Source: Pseudomonadota bacterium (GTDB lineage Bacteria > Pseudomonadota > Gammaproteobacteria > Steroidobacterales > JBCBZW01). From it: a stretch of 64,000 bases of DNA. The notes beneath the pieces were generated by a model. It searched no databases, was not told the DNA's origin, and saw nothing but the letters and a program-made list of their open reading frames with translations. The stretch is from assembly GCA_039193195.1 (NCBI GenBank), contig JBCCWS010000021.1, forward strand, positions 3,247-67,246. Direction: 5' to 3'. The position numbers and the translations under genes were made by a program. Shown here piece after piece: positions 55,189 to 64,000 of the stretch (the first letter of the stretch is position 1; each line of letters starts with the position of its first letter).

Positions 55189-58100
55189 ATGAGAACACCG
55201 CAGCACCTGATCCTCGCCTCCTTCTTGCCCGCCCTGGTCTTTCTGCTCCCCCCGACCGTCGCCTCGGCGAGTGCCACTTACGAGGCCACCCTCTATGACG
55301 CGATCGAATACCGGTTGATCGGTCCATACCGAGGAGGCCGCTCCGCCACCGTGACCGGCGTTCCGGATGATCGGGACACCTACTACTTCGGCTCCTCCGG
55401 TGGCGGTGTCTGGAAGACCGACGACGGCGGCACCAAGTGGCGCAACATCTCCGACGGGTTCTTCGGCGGATCAGTGGGCGCCGTCGCCGTGGCCCAGTCC
55501 GATCCCAACGTGATCTACGCCGGTCTCGGCGAGAAGACCGTGCGCGGAAACGTGTCCTCGAATTTTGGCGTATGGAAGTCCACGGACGCCGGCAAGAGCT
55601 GGCGCTTCATCGGCCTCGAGGACACTCGGCACATCGGCCGCATCCGCGTGCACCCAAGCGACCCCGACACCGTGTACGTGGCAGCGATGGGAGATCTTTG
55701 GCAGGCAAGCGAGGCGAGGGGCGTCTACAAGAGCACGGATGGCGGCGCGACGTGGGAGAAGGTCCTCTACGCCAGCGAAGACGCGGGAGCGGTGGATCTC
55801 GTCTTTGAGCCGGGCAATCCGCGCATCCTGTACGCGAGCACCTGGAACGTGCGACGTACACCGCACGGCTTCTCAAGCGGCGGGCCCGACTCCCATCTGT
55901 GGAAGAGCAGCGACTCGGGGGAAACGTGGTCGAAGCTCACGGATCTACCTAATATTCCTGATGGTCCCCTCGGCATCATCGGCGTGACCGTATCACCGGC
56001 TAACCCCGATCGGATATGGGCGCTGATCGAAGCCGAAGACGGCGGGGTCTTCCGCTCGGATGATGCCGGCGAGACCTGGCACAAGGTGAACAGCGACCGC
56101 GCCTTGCGCTCTCGCGCTTGGTACTACACCCGCATCATCGCAGACACCCAGAACGAGAACCGCGTGTACGTGATGAATGTGTCCTACGCCGTGTCCGAAG
56201 ACGGCGGCAAGACCTTCACCCTGCACCGCGCCCCCCACGGCGACCACCACGACCTCTGGATCGACCCGAACGACAACCAGCGCATGATCATCGCCGACGA
56301 TGGCGGTGCACAGGTCTCCACCGATGGCGCGCAGAGCTGGTCCACTTACCACAACCAACCCACGGCCCAGTTCTACCGCATCGCCACCGACGATCACTTC
56401 CCCTACCGCATCTACGGCGCCCAGCAGGACAACTCCGCCATTCGCATCTACCACCGCACGAACGGCAACGCGATCACGGAGCAAGACTGGGAGATCACCG
56501 CCGGTGGCGAAAGCGCCTACCACGCGATCGATCCGAACGATAACGACATCGTGTACGGCGGCACCTTCAAGGGATACCTAAACCGCTACAACCACGCCAA
56601 CGGCCAGCGCCGCGCCATCAACGTCTGGCCGCTGAATCCGGCAGGTTCCGGCGTGGAAGTGATGAAATACCGCTTCAACTGGAACTACCCGACGTTCTTC
56701 TCCCAGCACGACCCGGAGCGACTCTACGCCTTCTCACATCGAGTACACGTGTCGAGGACAGAAGGGCAGGACTGGCAGACCATCAGTCCGGACCTCACGC
56801 GCGCCATTGCGCAGACGCTGGTGTCTTCCGGCGGGCCGATCACCCAAGACAACACCGGTGTGGAGTACTACGCGACGATCCTCACCGCCGAGGAGAGTCG
56901 GCACGAACCGGGCGTGCTGTGGACGGGGTCTGACGACGGCCTGCTTCACCTCACGCGCGACGACGGTGAGACATGGCAGGACGTGACTCCTCCTGACGCG
57001 CCCAGGCTAATGATGTGGAACTCCATCGACCTCCACCCCCTCAGACCCGGCGGTGCCTACGCGGCAGGCACGCTCTACAAGACCGGCGACTTCAAGCCCT
57101 ACCTGTACAAGACCACAGACTACGGCAAGAGCTGGAAGAAGATCACCGCCGGTATCAAGCCTCTTCACTTCACTCGAGTACTACGCGCCGATCCACAGCG
57201 CGAGGGCCTGCTGTACGCGGGCACCGAATACGGCATGTACGTGTCCTTCGACGACGGGGCGAGCTGGCAGTCCTTCCAACTGAACCTGCCCGACGTGCCC
57301 ATCACCGATCTGCAGGTGCGCGACCGCAACCTCATCGTGGCGACCCAGGGCCGCGGCTTCTGGATCATCGATGACCTCTCGCCGCTCCATCAGCTGAACG
57401 AAGAGGCAGCAAAGGCGAGCGTTCACCTGTTTCAGCCAAAGCCCAGCTACCGCATGCGCCGCCAAGGCCGCGGCAAGCGTGACGCGCTGCTGGAAGGAGA
57501 GAACCACCCTGAAGGCGTGATGCTGTACTTCAATCTCCCCGAAGACCCGCAGGAGGGCGATATCGTAAGCCTCGAGATCCTCGAAGCAGACGGAACACTC
57601 ATCAAGCGCTTCTCCAGCGATGCTTCGGACGAGGATAACGAGGACCTGAAGCTGGAAGTGGAGTCCGGATCGAATCTCTTCGTATGGGACATGCGCTATC
57701 CCGACGCCCTGTCCTTCGACGGAATCATTCTGTACTCGGCGAACACAAAGGGCCCCGTGGCCGTGCCTGGCAACTACCGCGCGAGGTTGAGCGTCAACGG
57801 TGCGAGCAGCGAGCAGGCGTTCGAGATCCTCAAGGACCCGCGCGTGAAGAGCTCACGAGCCGACCTCCAGGCGCAGTTCGATTTCCTGATCCAGGTCAGG
57901 GACAAGCTGAGCCAGGCCCACCAGGCCGTGATCGATGTGCGCGCGCTGCGCGCGGATCTCGACTACCTCGAAGGGAAGCTGCAGGACAAGCCCGGTGCTG
58001 CGGCGCTACAAGAGGCCATCAACACCTTGCGCGAGGAGGCCACGACGATCGAGAGCAACCTGCACGAGACGCGCAACGAGGCCTTTCAGGATCCGCTTAA

Positions 58101-58317
58101 CTTCGGAATCAAACTAAACAATCGCCTCGCGTATCTGGCGACCCATGAGTCTGCCGGTGACTTCCGGCCAACGGATCAGGGAGTCGCGTACCGGAAGGAG
58201 GTCTCGGCGCAGATCGACGAGGAGGTGGCGGCCCTCGAGCAGCTGATCAACGATCGCCTGCCGAAGATCAATCGGATGGTTGAGGAGCAAGGCATAGAGT
58301 TGCTTGCCGTGCCCTGA
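55189..58317 (+). CDS. BNR/Asp-box repeat, sortilin (VPS10)-like secreted protein (1042 aa)
   Basis: M139 gives the signal peptide MRTPQHLILASFLPALVFLLPPTVASA. Many S.D.G.TW Asp-box repeats are present (TDDGGTKW, STDAGKSW, STDGGATW, SSDSGETW, SDDAGETW, SEDGGKTF, STDGAQSW, TRDDGETW, TTDYGKSW, FDDGASW). Confidence 0.8.
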   Translation: MRTPQHLILASFLPALVFLLPPTVASASATYEATLYDAIEYRLIGPYRGGRSATVTGVPDDRDTYYFGSSGGGVWKTDDGGTKWRNISDGFFGGSVGAVAVAQSDPNVIYAGLGEKTVRGNVSSNFGVWKSTDAGKSWRFIGLEDTRHIGRIRVHPSDPDTVYVAAMGDLWQASEARGVYKSTDGGATWEKVLYASEDAGAVDLVFEPGNPRILYASTWNVRRTPHGFSSGGPDSHLWKSSDSGETWSKLTDLPNIPDGPLGIIGVTVSPANPDRIWALIEAEDGGVFRSDDAGETWHKVNSDRALRSRAWYYTRIIADTQNENRVYVMNVSYAVSEDGGKTFTLHRAPHGDHHDLWIDPNDNQRMIIADDGGAQVSTDGAQSWSTYHNQPTAQFYRIATDDHFPYRIYGAQQDNSAIRIYHRTNGNAITEQDWEITAGGESAYHAIDPNDNDIVYGGTFKGYLNRYNHANGQRRAINVWPLNPAGSGVEVMKYRFNWNYPTFFSQHDPERLYAFSHRVHVSRTEGQDWQTISPDLTRAIAQTLVSSGGPITQDNTGVEYYATILTAEESRHEPGVLWTGSDDGLLHLTRDDGETWQDVTPPDAPRLMMWNSIDLHPLRPGGAYAAGTLYKTGDFKPYLYKTTDYGKSWKKITAGIKPLHFTRVLRADPQREGLLYAGTEYGMYVSFDDGASWQSFQLNLPDVPITDLQVRDRNLIVATQGRGFWIIDDLSPLHQLNEEAAKASVHLFQPKPSYRMRRQGRGKRDALLEGENHPEGVMLYFNLPEDPQEGDIVSLEILEADGTLIKRFSSDASDEDNEDLKLEVESGSNLFVWDMRYPDALSFDGIILYSANTKGPVAVPGNYRARLSVNGASSEQAFEILKDPRVKSSRADLQAQFDFLIQVRDKLSQAHQAVIDVRALRADLDYLEGKLQDKPGAAALQEAINTLREEATTIESNLHETRNEAFQDPLNFGIKLNNRLAYLATHESAGDFRPTDQGVAYRKEVSAQIDEEVAALEQLINDRLPKINRMVEEQGIELLAVP

Positions 58318-58363
58318 TCGAATCACGCGCTCGCGTTCGGGCGGCGACTGGTCCACGTGCGCC

Positions 58364-60250
58364 CTAGTGGGTCAGATCGCCGAGCGATCGAATACCCACA
58401 TAGCGCAAAAACGCGCCGGCACCCTCCACCGACAGGTGCCCCGCATCCTTGTACAGCAGGTGCGGCGCCAACGGCGGCCAGCTCTCCTTTGGCCGGTAGA
58501 CGCGCGCACCTCGCCGTTCAGACGCGTCGTAGAAGTCGAACAGCTCCGGCGGCACGGACAAGGTTTCGGCCGTCAGCGCGGGCATGACGAAGGCGCGGGT
58601 CGGCTCGATGTTGTAAACCTGTCGATGGGTGATCAGGTGCACCGTGACGCCGCGCGCGGCCAGGGTGTCGACCATCTCCAGCAACGAGCCGAGCTCCTCG
58701 ACCCGTTCCGCCGGGGTTCGCCGGTTCATGGCCCTCACAAAGTTCACCGTGAACACCACGTCCGTCGCCCGCTCTGGCTGGATGGCATCGAGCCGCTGGC
58801 GGGCCTTCCCGCACGCGCCGCGCCAGTTCTCAAAGGTCGCGGGCATGAAGGTGCACGCGTAGGTCACCCGGGCCGATAGGCCCACCTGATCCTGGCCGGC
58901 AAAGAGCTGAGCGAGCGGGCTGATCAGATCTGCCATGTGCGAATCGCCGACGATAAGGAACTCACGACGCGGCGCCGTCGAGGTGCCCTCGCCTCCCGAC
59001 ACGAGACGGCACTCGGTGCGCGCGTTGGTGGCCGCGCACCGTCGAATCCCCACCCCACCCGGGAGTCCTGGGCTGGTAAGCAAGTGGTTGAGGCCCGGAT
59101 GGCGGAGCACCGAGTAAGGGGTCAAGCGTTTTAGGTGACCGCCGAGGCCGATGGCTGCGCACACGACGAGGGCGACAGCGGAGGTGGCTAGCAAGGCGCG
59201 ACGCGACGCTAGGAGGCGCTTTCGCCTGAACGGCTGCTCCACGAGGTGATAAGTCAGCACCGCGAGCACCACGGTGATGAGCACGCCGCAGGCGCCGATG
59301 AACCAGGCATCGTACTGCGGCGCCAAGGCGTAGCGCAGCAGGATAAGGACCGGGAAGTGCCACAGGTACAGGCTGTAGGAGATCTTTCCCGTGTACACGA
59401 CGGCCGGTGCGGACAAGGCCTTTGCCCACACCTGATCGGCGCGCGCGAAGACGATTAATAACGCCGTGCCGAGCACGGGCGGCACGGTCGCGAGCGAGGG
59501 ATAGCGCAAACGATCATCGATGGCGAAGAAGGACACGAAGATCAGCACGAGCCCGGTGATCGACAAGGTGCTTGCTAACGTGCTCGTACGCTTGGATACG
59601 TACCCAGAGCCTAGCCCGTCGCGTAGAAAGACCGCGACGAGCGCTCCCGTCAATAGCTCCCACGCGCGGCTCGGCAGCAGGTAGTACGCCGCCTGCGGAA
59701 ACAGGCGGGAAGATACCTCCGCCCAGACCAGGGAGACGACGAGCAGTACCGCGAAGTAAAGGAACAGGCGCTTGCCAGGCGTGCCCTTGCAGAAGAGCAG
59801 CAGCAGAGGGAACAGCACGTAGAACTGCTCCTCCACGGCGAGGCTCCAGGTGTTGAGGAACACTGGCGGGAGACGCCAGGCCTGAAAGTAACCCCAGCTC
59901 AGCGTGTAGTGCACGTTACTGGTGAAGGTGGCGTTGGCCATGAGCTCCCGGGCCAAGCGCACAAAGTCATGGGGCAGCATCATCACCCAGGCGGCGAAGG
60001 CGCTGACAGCGAGCACGGCGATCAAGGCCGGCAGGATGCGCCGGGCCCGTCGCTCGTAGAAATGGCTGATGCTGAAGCGATCGTGCTCGATATCCTCGAG
60101 CAAGATCGTGGTGATCAGGAACCCGCTGATCACGAAGAACACATCGACGCCGGCAAAGCCCCCGCTCACCGCTTTCCAGCCCGCGTGAAACGCGATGACC
60201 GGCACCACGGCGAGGGCTCGCAGGCCGTCCATCTCAGCGCGGTACTTCAC
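58364..60250 (-). CDS. Acyltransferase family 3 (OafA/YrhL-like) with C-terminal SGNH domain
   Basis: EMDGLRALAVVPVIAFH...GVDVFFVISGFLIT, about 10 TM segments, and a C-terminal GDSH motif (LIVGDSHMADL). Confidence 0.85.
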   Translation of the reverse strand: MKYRAEMDGLRALAVVPVIAFHAGWKAVSGGFAGVDVFFVISGFLITTILLEDIEHDRFSISHFYERRARRILPALIAVLAVSAFAAWVMMLPHDFVRLARELMANATFTSNVHYTLSWGYFQAWRLPPVFLNTWSLAVEEQFYVLFPLLLLFCKGTPGKRLFLYFAVLLVVSLVWAEVSSRLFPQAAYYLLPSRAWELLTGALVAVFLRDGLGSGYVSKRTSTLASTLSITGLVLIFVSFFAIDDRLRYPSLATVPPVLGTALLIVFARADQVWAKALSAPAVVYTGKISYSLYLWHFPVLILLRYALAPQYDAWFIGACGVLITVVLAVLTYHLVEQPFRRKRLLASRRALLATSAVALVVCAAIGLGGHLKRLTPYSVLRHPGLNHLLTSPGLPGGVGIRRCAATNARTECRLVSGGEGTSTAPRREFLIVGDSHMADLISPLAQLFAGQDQVGLSARVTYACTFMPATFENWRGACGKARQRLDAIQPERATDVVFTVNFVRAMNRRTPAERVEELGSLLEMVDTLAARGVTVHLITHRQVYNIEPTRAFVMPALTAETLSVPPELFDFYDASERRGARVYRPKESWPPLAPHLLYKDAGHLSVEGAGAFLRYVGIRSLGDLTH

Positions 60251-60379
60251 TTGCGACGCACAGCTCTTGCCTTACCTAGGGCCGCGCATGATAGCGCTAA
60301 GCGGACGATACCTGGCAAGCATGACGCGTCCTTCGTGTAGGCTGCTCACGCTTGCCCGTCACGGGTATCTTGAGGTGGA

Positions 60380-62296
60380 ATGACTATGCAGCTAGCGGTG
60401 AGGCTTAGGGTGTTGACGATGGTCTGCGCGATGGCCTATGGCAGCGCCATCGCCCAGGACATACCCGAGGAGACCTTTGAGGCGCCAACCACGCTCGAGG
60501 AACTCACCGAGCGTATCGCCAAGACCGTACAGGAAAGCGAGAGCGCCGTAGGGCTGGTCGCCGCCCTGGTGAATGCGGACGGCCTGCTGTGGGCCGAGGG
60601 CTTTGGCTACGCCGACAAGGCGTCGCTAACGCCCGCCACGCCAGATACGCCGTTTCGCGCCGGCTCCATCTCCAAGAGCATCACGGGCCTGATCTCAGCT
60701 CGCCTCGCTGAGGATGGCCTGCTCGATCTCAACGCGACGCTGCGGGAGCTCGCGCCGGAGATCGAGTTCACCAATCGCTGGGAGGACGACAATCCGGTCA
60801 GGCTGGTCCACCTGCTCGAGCACACGACCGGCTGGGATGACATCCACATCAGCGAGTATCGCGACTTCGGCCCCAATCCCTCGACCGAGCAGGGCCTGCG
60901 CTTCAATCCCCGCTCGCGCACCTCCCGCTGGCGCCCCGGGCGCTACGGGTCCTACGCCAACTCGGGCCCCGCCTCCATGGGCTTCGTGCTGGAGAAGGTG
61001 ACCGGGCGCAGCTTCGAGGAGTTGGCGCAGACGCTGGTACTAGGTCCCATCGGCGCCGAAACGGCCACCTTCGATCAGTCGACTGAGACGGCGGAATCGA
61101 CCGCGACCAGCTACCGGCCAGATGGCAGCGCCAGCCCCTACACGCGCATCTGGGCCAGCGCGTCGGGCTCCCTGAGTCTGTCGGTGCGCGATCTCGGTCA
61201 GCTGGCACGTCTGCTCATTCGACGCGGCGAGGTGGACGGTGAGCAGATCATCTCGGCCGCCGCCATCGAGCGAATCGAGACGCCCACCACATCCCTGGCC
61301 GGCGAGCAGCGCCTGGCTCACGGCTACGGCCTCGGCAACTACGCGAACTTCTTCGACGAAGTCGAGTACCGCGGCCACGACGGCGGTATCGACGGCTTCA
61401 TCAGCACCTACGCCTACCGCAAGGACGCCGGGGTGGGCCTTGCCATGATGATCAACTCGCCCGACGGCGTGACCTTCCGCGCAGTACGCAAGCTGCTGGC
61501 GAGCTACCTCAACAAGCAGTATCCGCCCGCGGATGCGGCGCCGTCGCCGGCGGATGCGGATAACCTAGAGCGCTTCGTTGGGTTCTATCGCCCCTTCACG
61601 CCGCGCAATGAGTTCGCCCGGCTGATCAGTGATCTCACGGGCGTCGTGCGCATCGAAGCCGCGGGGGACACGCTCGAGATGACACCGCTGCTAGGCGGCG
61701 AGCGCAAGCGCTACCTTCCCATCGGCGACGGCCTGTTTGTCGGCGAGGGGCGCGCCAAGCCCGAACTGCTCTTCTACGACGGTCCATCGGGAGCGCTCGA
61801 AGCCTTCGCGGGCTTCAACAACACCTTGCGAGAGGTATCTGCCCTAGACGTACTCGCCCGCTTGGCTTTCCTTGCCACCGTGGTCATCGCGGTCATCGCG
61901 GCGCTGCTGTTCGCGGCCATCTGGGTCATCGCCTATCCCCTTGGCGCGTTGCGCGAGAGCAACCGCTGGCGTGTATGGCTCTGGCCGTTCCTGAGCGTGC
62001 TAGCCCTGGGCGGTGCCGTCGCCGGCTTGATGCTCGGCGCGAGCGCCGATCCTATCGCTGCGCTCGGCGGACCGTCGATCTACTCGCTTGCCCTGCAGTA
62101 CGGCGGCTGGGTCACGATGTTGTGCGCCGTGCTTGGCATGGTAGCCGCCCTGACCAATCGCAGCAGTTCGGATTGGTCCCGACTTCACGCTGGCTTCACC
62201 TCGATGCTGCTGTTCGCATTCACCGGCTATCTTTGGTCGTATGGCTGGATCGGGATCACGATCTGGGGATACTCCCCTAACGTCGTGGGTAGCTGA
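60380..62296 (+). CDS. Beta-lactamase-fold serine hydrolase with C-terminal multi-TM domain
   Basis: Signal peptide, SxxK motif (FRAGSISKS), and four hydrophobic helices in the last 150 aa or so. Confidence 0.8.
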   Translation: MTMQLAVRLRVLTMVCAMAYGSAIAQDIPEETFEAPTTLEELTERIAKTVQESESAVGLVAALVNADGLLWAEGFGYADKASLTPATPDTPFRAGSISKSITGLISARLAEDGLLDLNATLRELAPEIEFTNRWEDDNPVRLVHLLEHTTGWDDIHISEYRDFGPNPSTEQGLRFNPRSRTSRWRPGRYGSYANSGPASMGFVLEKVTGRSFEELAQTLVLGPIGAETATFDQSTETAESTATSYRPDGSASPYTRIWASASGSLSLSVRDLGQLARLLIRRGEVDGEQIISAAAIERIETPTTSLAGEQRLAHGYGLGNYANFFDEVEYRGHDGGIDGFISTYAYRKDAGVGLAMMINSPDGVTFRAVRKLLASYLNKQYPPADAAPSPADADNLERFVGFYRPFTPRNEFARLISDLTGVVRIEAAGDTLEMTPLLGGERKRYLPIGDGLFVGEGRAKPELLFYDGPSGALEAFAGFNNTLREVSALDVLARLAFLATVVIAVIAALLFAAIWVIAYPLGALRESNRWRVWLWPFLSVLALGGAVAGLMLGASADPIAALGGPSIYSLALQYGGWVTMLCAVLGMVAALTNRSSSDWSRLHAGFTSMLLFAFTGYLWSYGWIGITIWGYSPNVVGS

Positions 62297-62340
62297 GCAT
62301 GGCGCAAGGTCGCTCGATCGCCTCGCACCCGCTTTTGCCC

Positions 62341-64000
62341 CTACAGCTCGGCCGGTGTGATCTGCTCTATGGCGCTACGGGTTGCAGCCAGTAGAGGGTC
62401 CTGGGCACGGGCGGGCACATCCAAAGACACTAAGGCTGACCTTAGCAAGGGCAGCGCTTGATCCCGGCGCTCCAAGGCGATCAGACAGCGCCCCAGCAAG
62501 CTGCGCGCTTCGGCGAGCTCGCGGCTATCAGCCCCCAGGTGCTGTACGCCAAGGGCAACGGCCTGCCCTAAGGTACGCTCAGCTGCCGCGAGGTCCGCAC
62601 CGGCGAGCGACATGGCACCGTGAGCGATGAGAACGGAAATGTAGATCGGATGGCTGGGTGACAGGCTCTGGTCGGCGATCTCGCGCGCCTCGGAGAGCAT
62701 CCGCTCAGCTTCCTCGACATGGCCAAACGAAAGTTCCAATCGTCCGAGGCTCTTTAGAGACTGGGCGATGCGTGGATGCGCTGCCTCCAGGACGCGGCGG
62801 CGAATGGCTAGTGCTTCGCGATGCGCCGGCAAGGCCTCGTCGCGGCGATCCGTCTCCACCAGGATGTTGGCTAGATTGTGCAGGTTTGTCGCCACCCGCT
62901 CGTTATCTGCACCGAAGAGGCGTCGGTTGTGCGCCAGCGCTTCGCGCATCAGCGGCTCGGCGGTGACGTAGTCGGCGGTGACGTAGTAGAACATGCTCAA
63001 GTTGTTCAGCCGAAGCACGGTGGTGGGATGTTCTGGCCCGAGGATGCGGCGGTCAATATCGTAGGAAGCTCTTAGCAGGGGCTCCGCCTCCTCGTAGTCC
63101 CCACGCTGACCCAGCATTACCCCTAGGTTACCCTGAGTCAGCGCCACGCTCTCATGGCGCTCACCGAGCTCGTCCAGCTTAATCTCCAAGGCCCGTCGAT
63201 AGAGAGGCTCCGCCTCGTCGAAGTGGCCCTGCCACTTCAGATGCTGGGCCAGGTCGTGGAGCGCCCCAGCCGCACTCAAGCTGCGCTCGCCATCGAGCCG
63301 CTGATACATGGCGAGGGAACGGCGGTGAAGGGGGTCCGCCGCTTCGTACTTCGAGGCCTCCGACAGGGCGATGGCCAAATCGCCAAGTGCCTTGGCGTAG
63401 GCTGGGCGATCACGCGTCGAGTGGGCTTCGAAGCGCGCAAGCGCCTGCCGTCCCAGTGCTTCTGACCGCTCATGCTCGCCGCGCTCGAAATACACGCGAC
63501 CCAGGTGCTGCAGGCCCTGCGCTCGCAGCTCGCGCGGATCGCCATCGAGCTCGTCCATCACCTCCAGGGACCGCTGCAGGAGGCGCTGCGCATCGTCCAG
63601 GCGGCCGAGGCTCTCGTACAGGGTGCCCACCACCTGCAGCAGTTCCGCCTGCAAGTCAGGCTCGCCGGCCAACTGCGCGGCGACCCGCTCCGCCCCGGTG
63701 TCCAGAATCTCCGCGGCCGTCAGCTCCGTGCCGGCCTGCGCGCCTGGACGATTCACTTCGAAGATGTCGATCAACAACCGCTTGACCCGCTCGGCGCGAA
63801 CCGCTTCTGCGGAGGCGATCTGCGCCTGCCAGACGGCGCCCATCAAGCCGCCTAAGAGAGAGATAAACGCCAGTGCAGCGGCGCCCACGGCCACTCTGTT
63901 TCGGGCGACGAATCTGCGCGTTCGGTAGGCCAAGGAGTCCGGGCGCGCGAGCACGGGGTATCCCTTGCGGAAGCGCACCAGGTCATCTGCGAGCGCCTGC
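62341..64000 (-). CDS. TPR-repeat C-terminal part of a Ser/Thr protein kinase-like gene (5' end outside the window)
   Basis: The frame stays open to the window edge (..QALADDLVRFRKGYPVLARPDSLAYRTRRFVARNR), which resembles the linker following bacterial STK domains. A TM helix and many TPR units follow. Confidence 0.65.
   Translation of the reverse strand, partial: QALADDLVRFRKGYPVLARPDSLAYRTRRFVARNRVAVGAAALAFISLLGGLMGAVWQAQIASAEAVRAERVKRLLIDIFEVNRPGAQAGTELTAAEILDTGAERVAAQLAGEPDLQAELLQVVGTLYESLGRLDDAQRLLQRSLEVMDELDGDPRELRAQGLQHLGRVYFERGEHERSEALGRQALARFEAHSTRDRPAYAKALGDLAIALSEASKYEAADPLHRRSLAMYQRLDGERSLSAAGALHDLAQHLKWQGHFDEAEPLYRRALEIKLDELGERHESVALTQGNLGVMLGQRGDYEEAEPLLRASYDIDRRILGPEHPTTVLRLNNLSMFYYVTADYVTAEPLMREALAHNRRLFGADNERVATNLHNLANILVETDRRDEALPAHREALAIRRRVLEAAHPRIAQSLKSLGRLELSFGHVEEAERMLSEAREIADQSLSPSHPIYISVLIAHGAMSLAGADLAAAERTLGQAVALGVQHLGADSRELAEARSLLGRCLIALERRDQALPLLRSALVSLDVPARAQDPLLAATRSAIEQITPAEL

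Overview
This is a GC-rich, densely coding chromosomal window with about 55 protein genes. It looks proteobacterial and probably gammaproteobacterial, an inference from a Pseudomonas-type Fur and the overall gene content. I saw no rRNA, tRNA, CRISPR array, transposase or integrase by eye. Layout: (1) 0.5-16.4 kb holds mixed metabolic and accessory genes. They include a degenerate LytM protein, DUF1428, cupins, a bona fide ACC deaminase (acdS), MOSC, an enoyl-CoA hydratase/SDR/LLM-oxidoreductase set with a divergent LysR, DUF1330, YdcF, a VPLPA-CTERM protein, a PuuB-like FAD oxidase with TetR, and a haloalkane dehalogenase behind two perfect palindromic operators. (2) 17-30 kb holds a TonB-dependent-receptor-like OMP, MarR, and a peptidase plus amino-acid-transforming cluster (MlrC/M81, two-domain serine hydrolase, OCD-like, DSD1-like, S33 hydrolase, DUF885, fold-type II dehydratase). 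(3) 30-40 kb holds a metallophosphoesterase, fur, a second VPLPA-CTERM protein, Zn-independent L31 (type B), a TBDR / Tat-signal racemase / Tat-signal amidase operon, and ggt. (4) 40.9-54.1 kb is the most unusual part. It is a tightly coupled 11-gene type IV filament operon that combines GspD/E/F, a PilT-like retraction ATPase, GspL/M-like proteins, three large pilin-like proteins (one interrupted by an in-frame TGA at a conserved Trp), a TPR lipoprotein and a TlpA-like thioredoxin. (5) 54.5-64 kb holds Zn-independent L36 (YkgO type), a 1042-aa BNR/sortilin-like protein, an OafA-type acyltransferase, a membrane-anchored beta-lactamase-fold protein and the C-terminal TPR part of a Ser/Thr kinase-like gene that runs off the window. 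All calls rest on reading the supplied translations and DNA; no searches were run. Most start codons were chosen by signal-peptide, RBS or family logic and are less certain than the stops.
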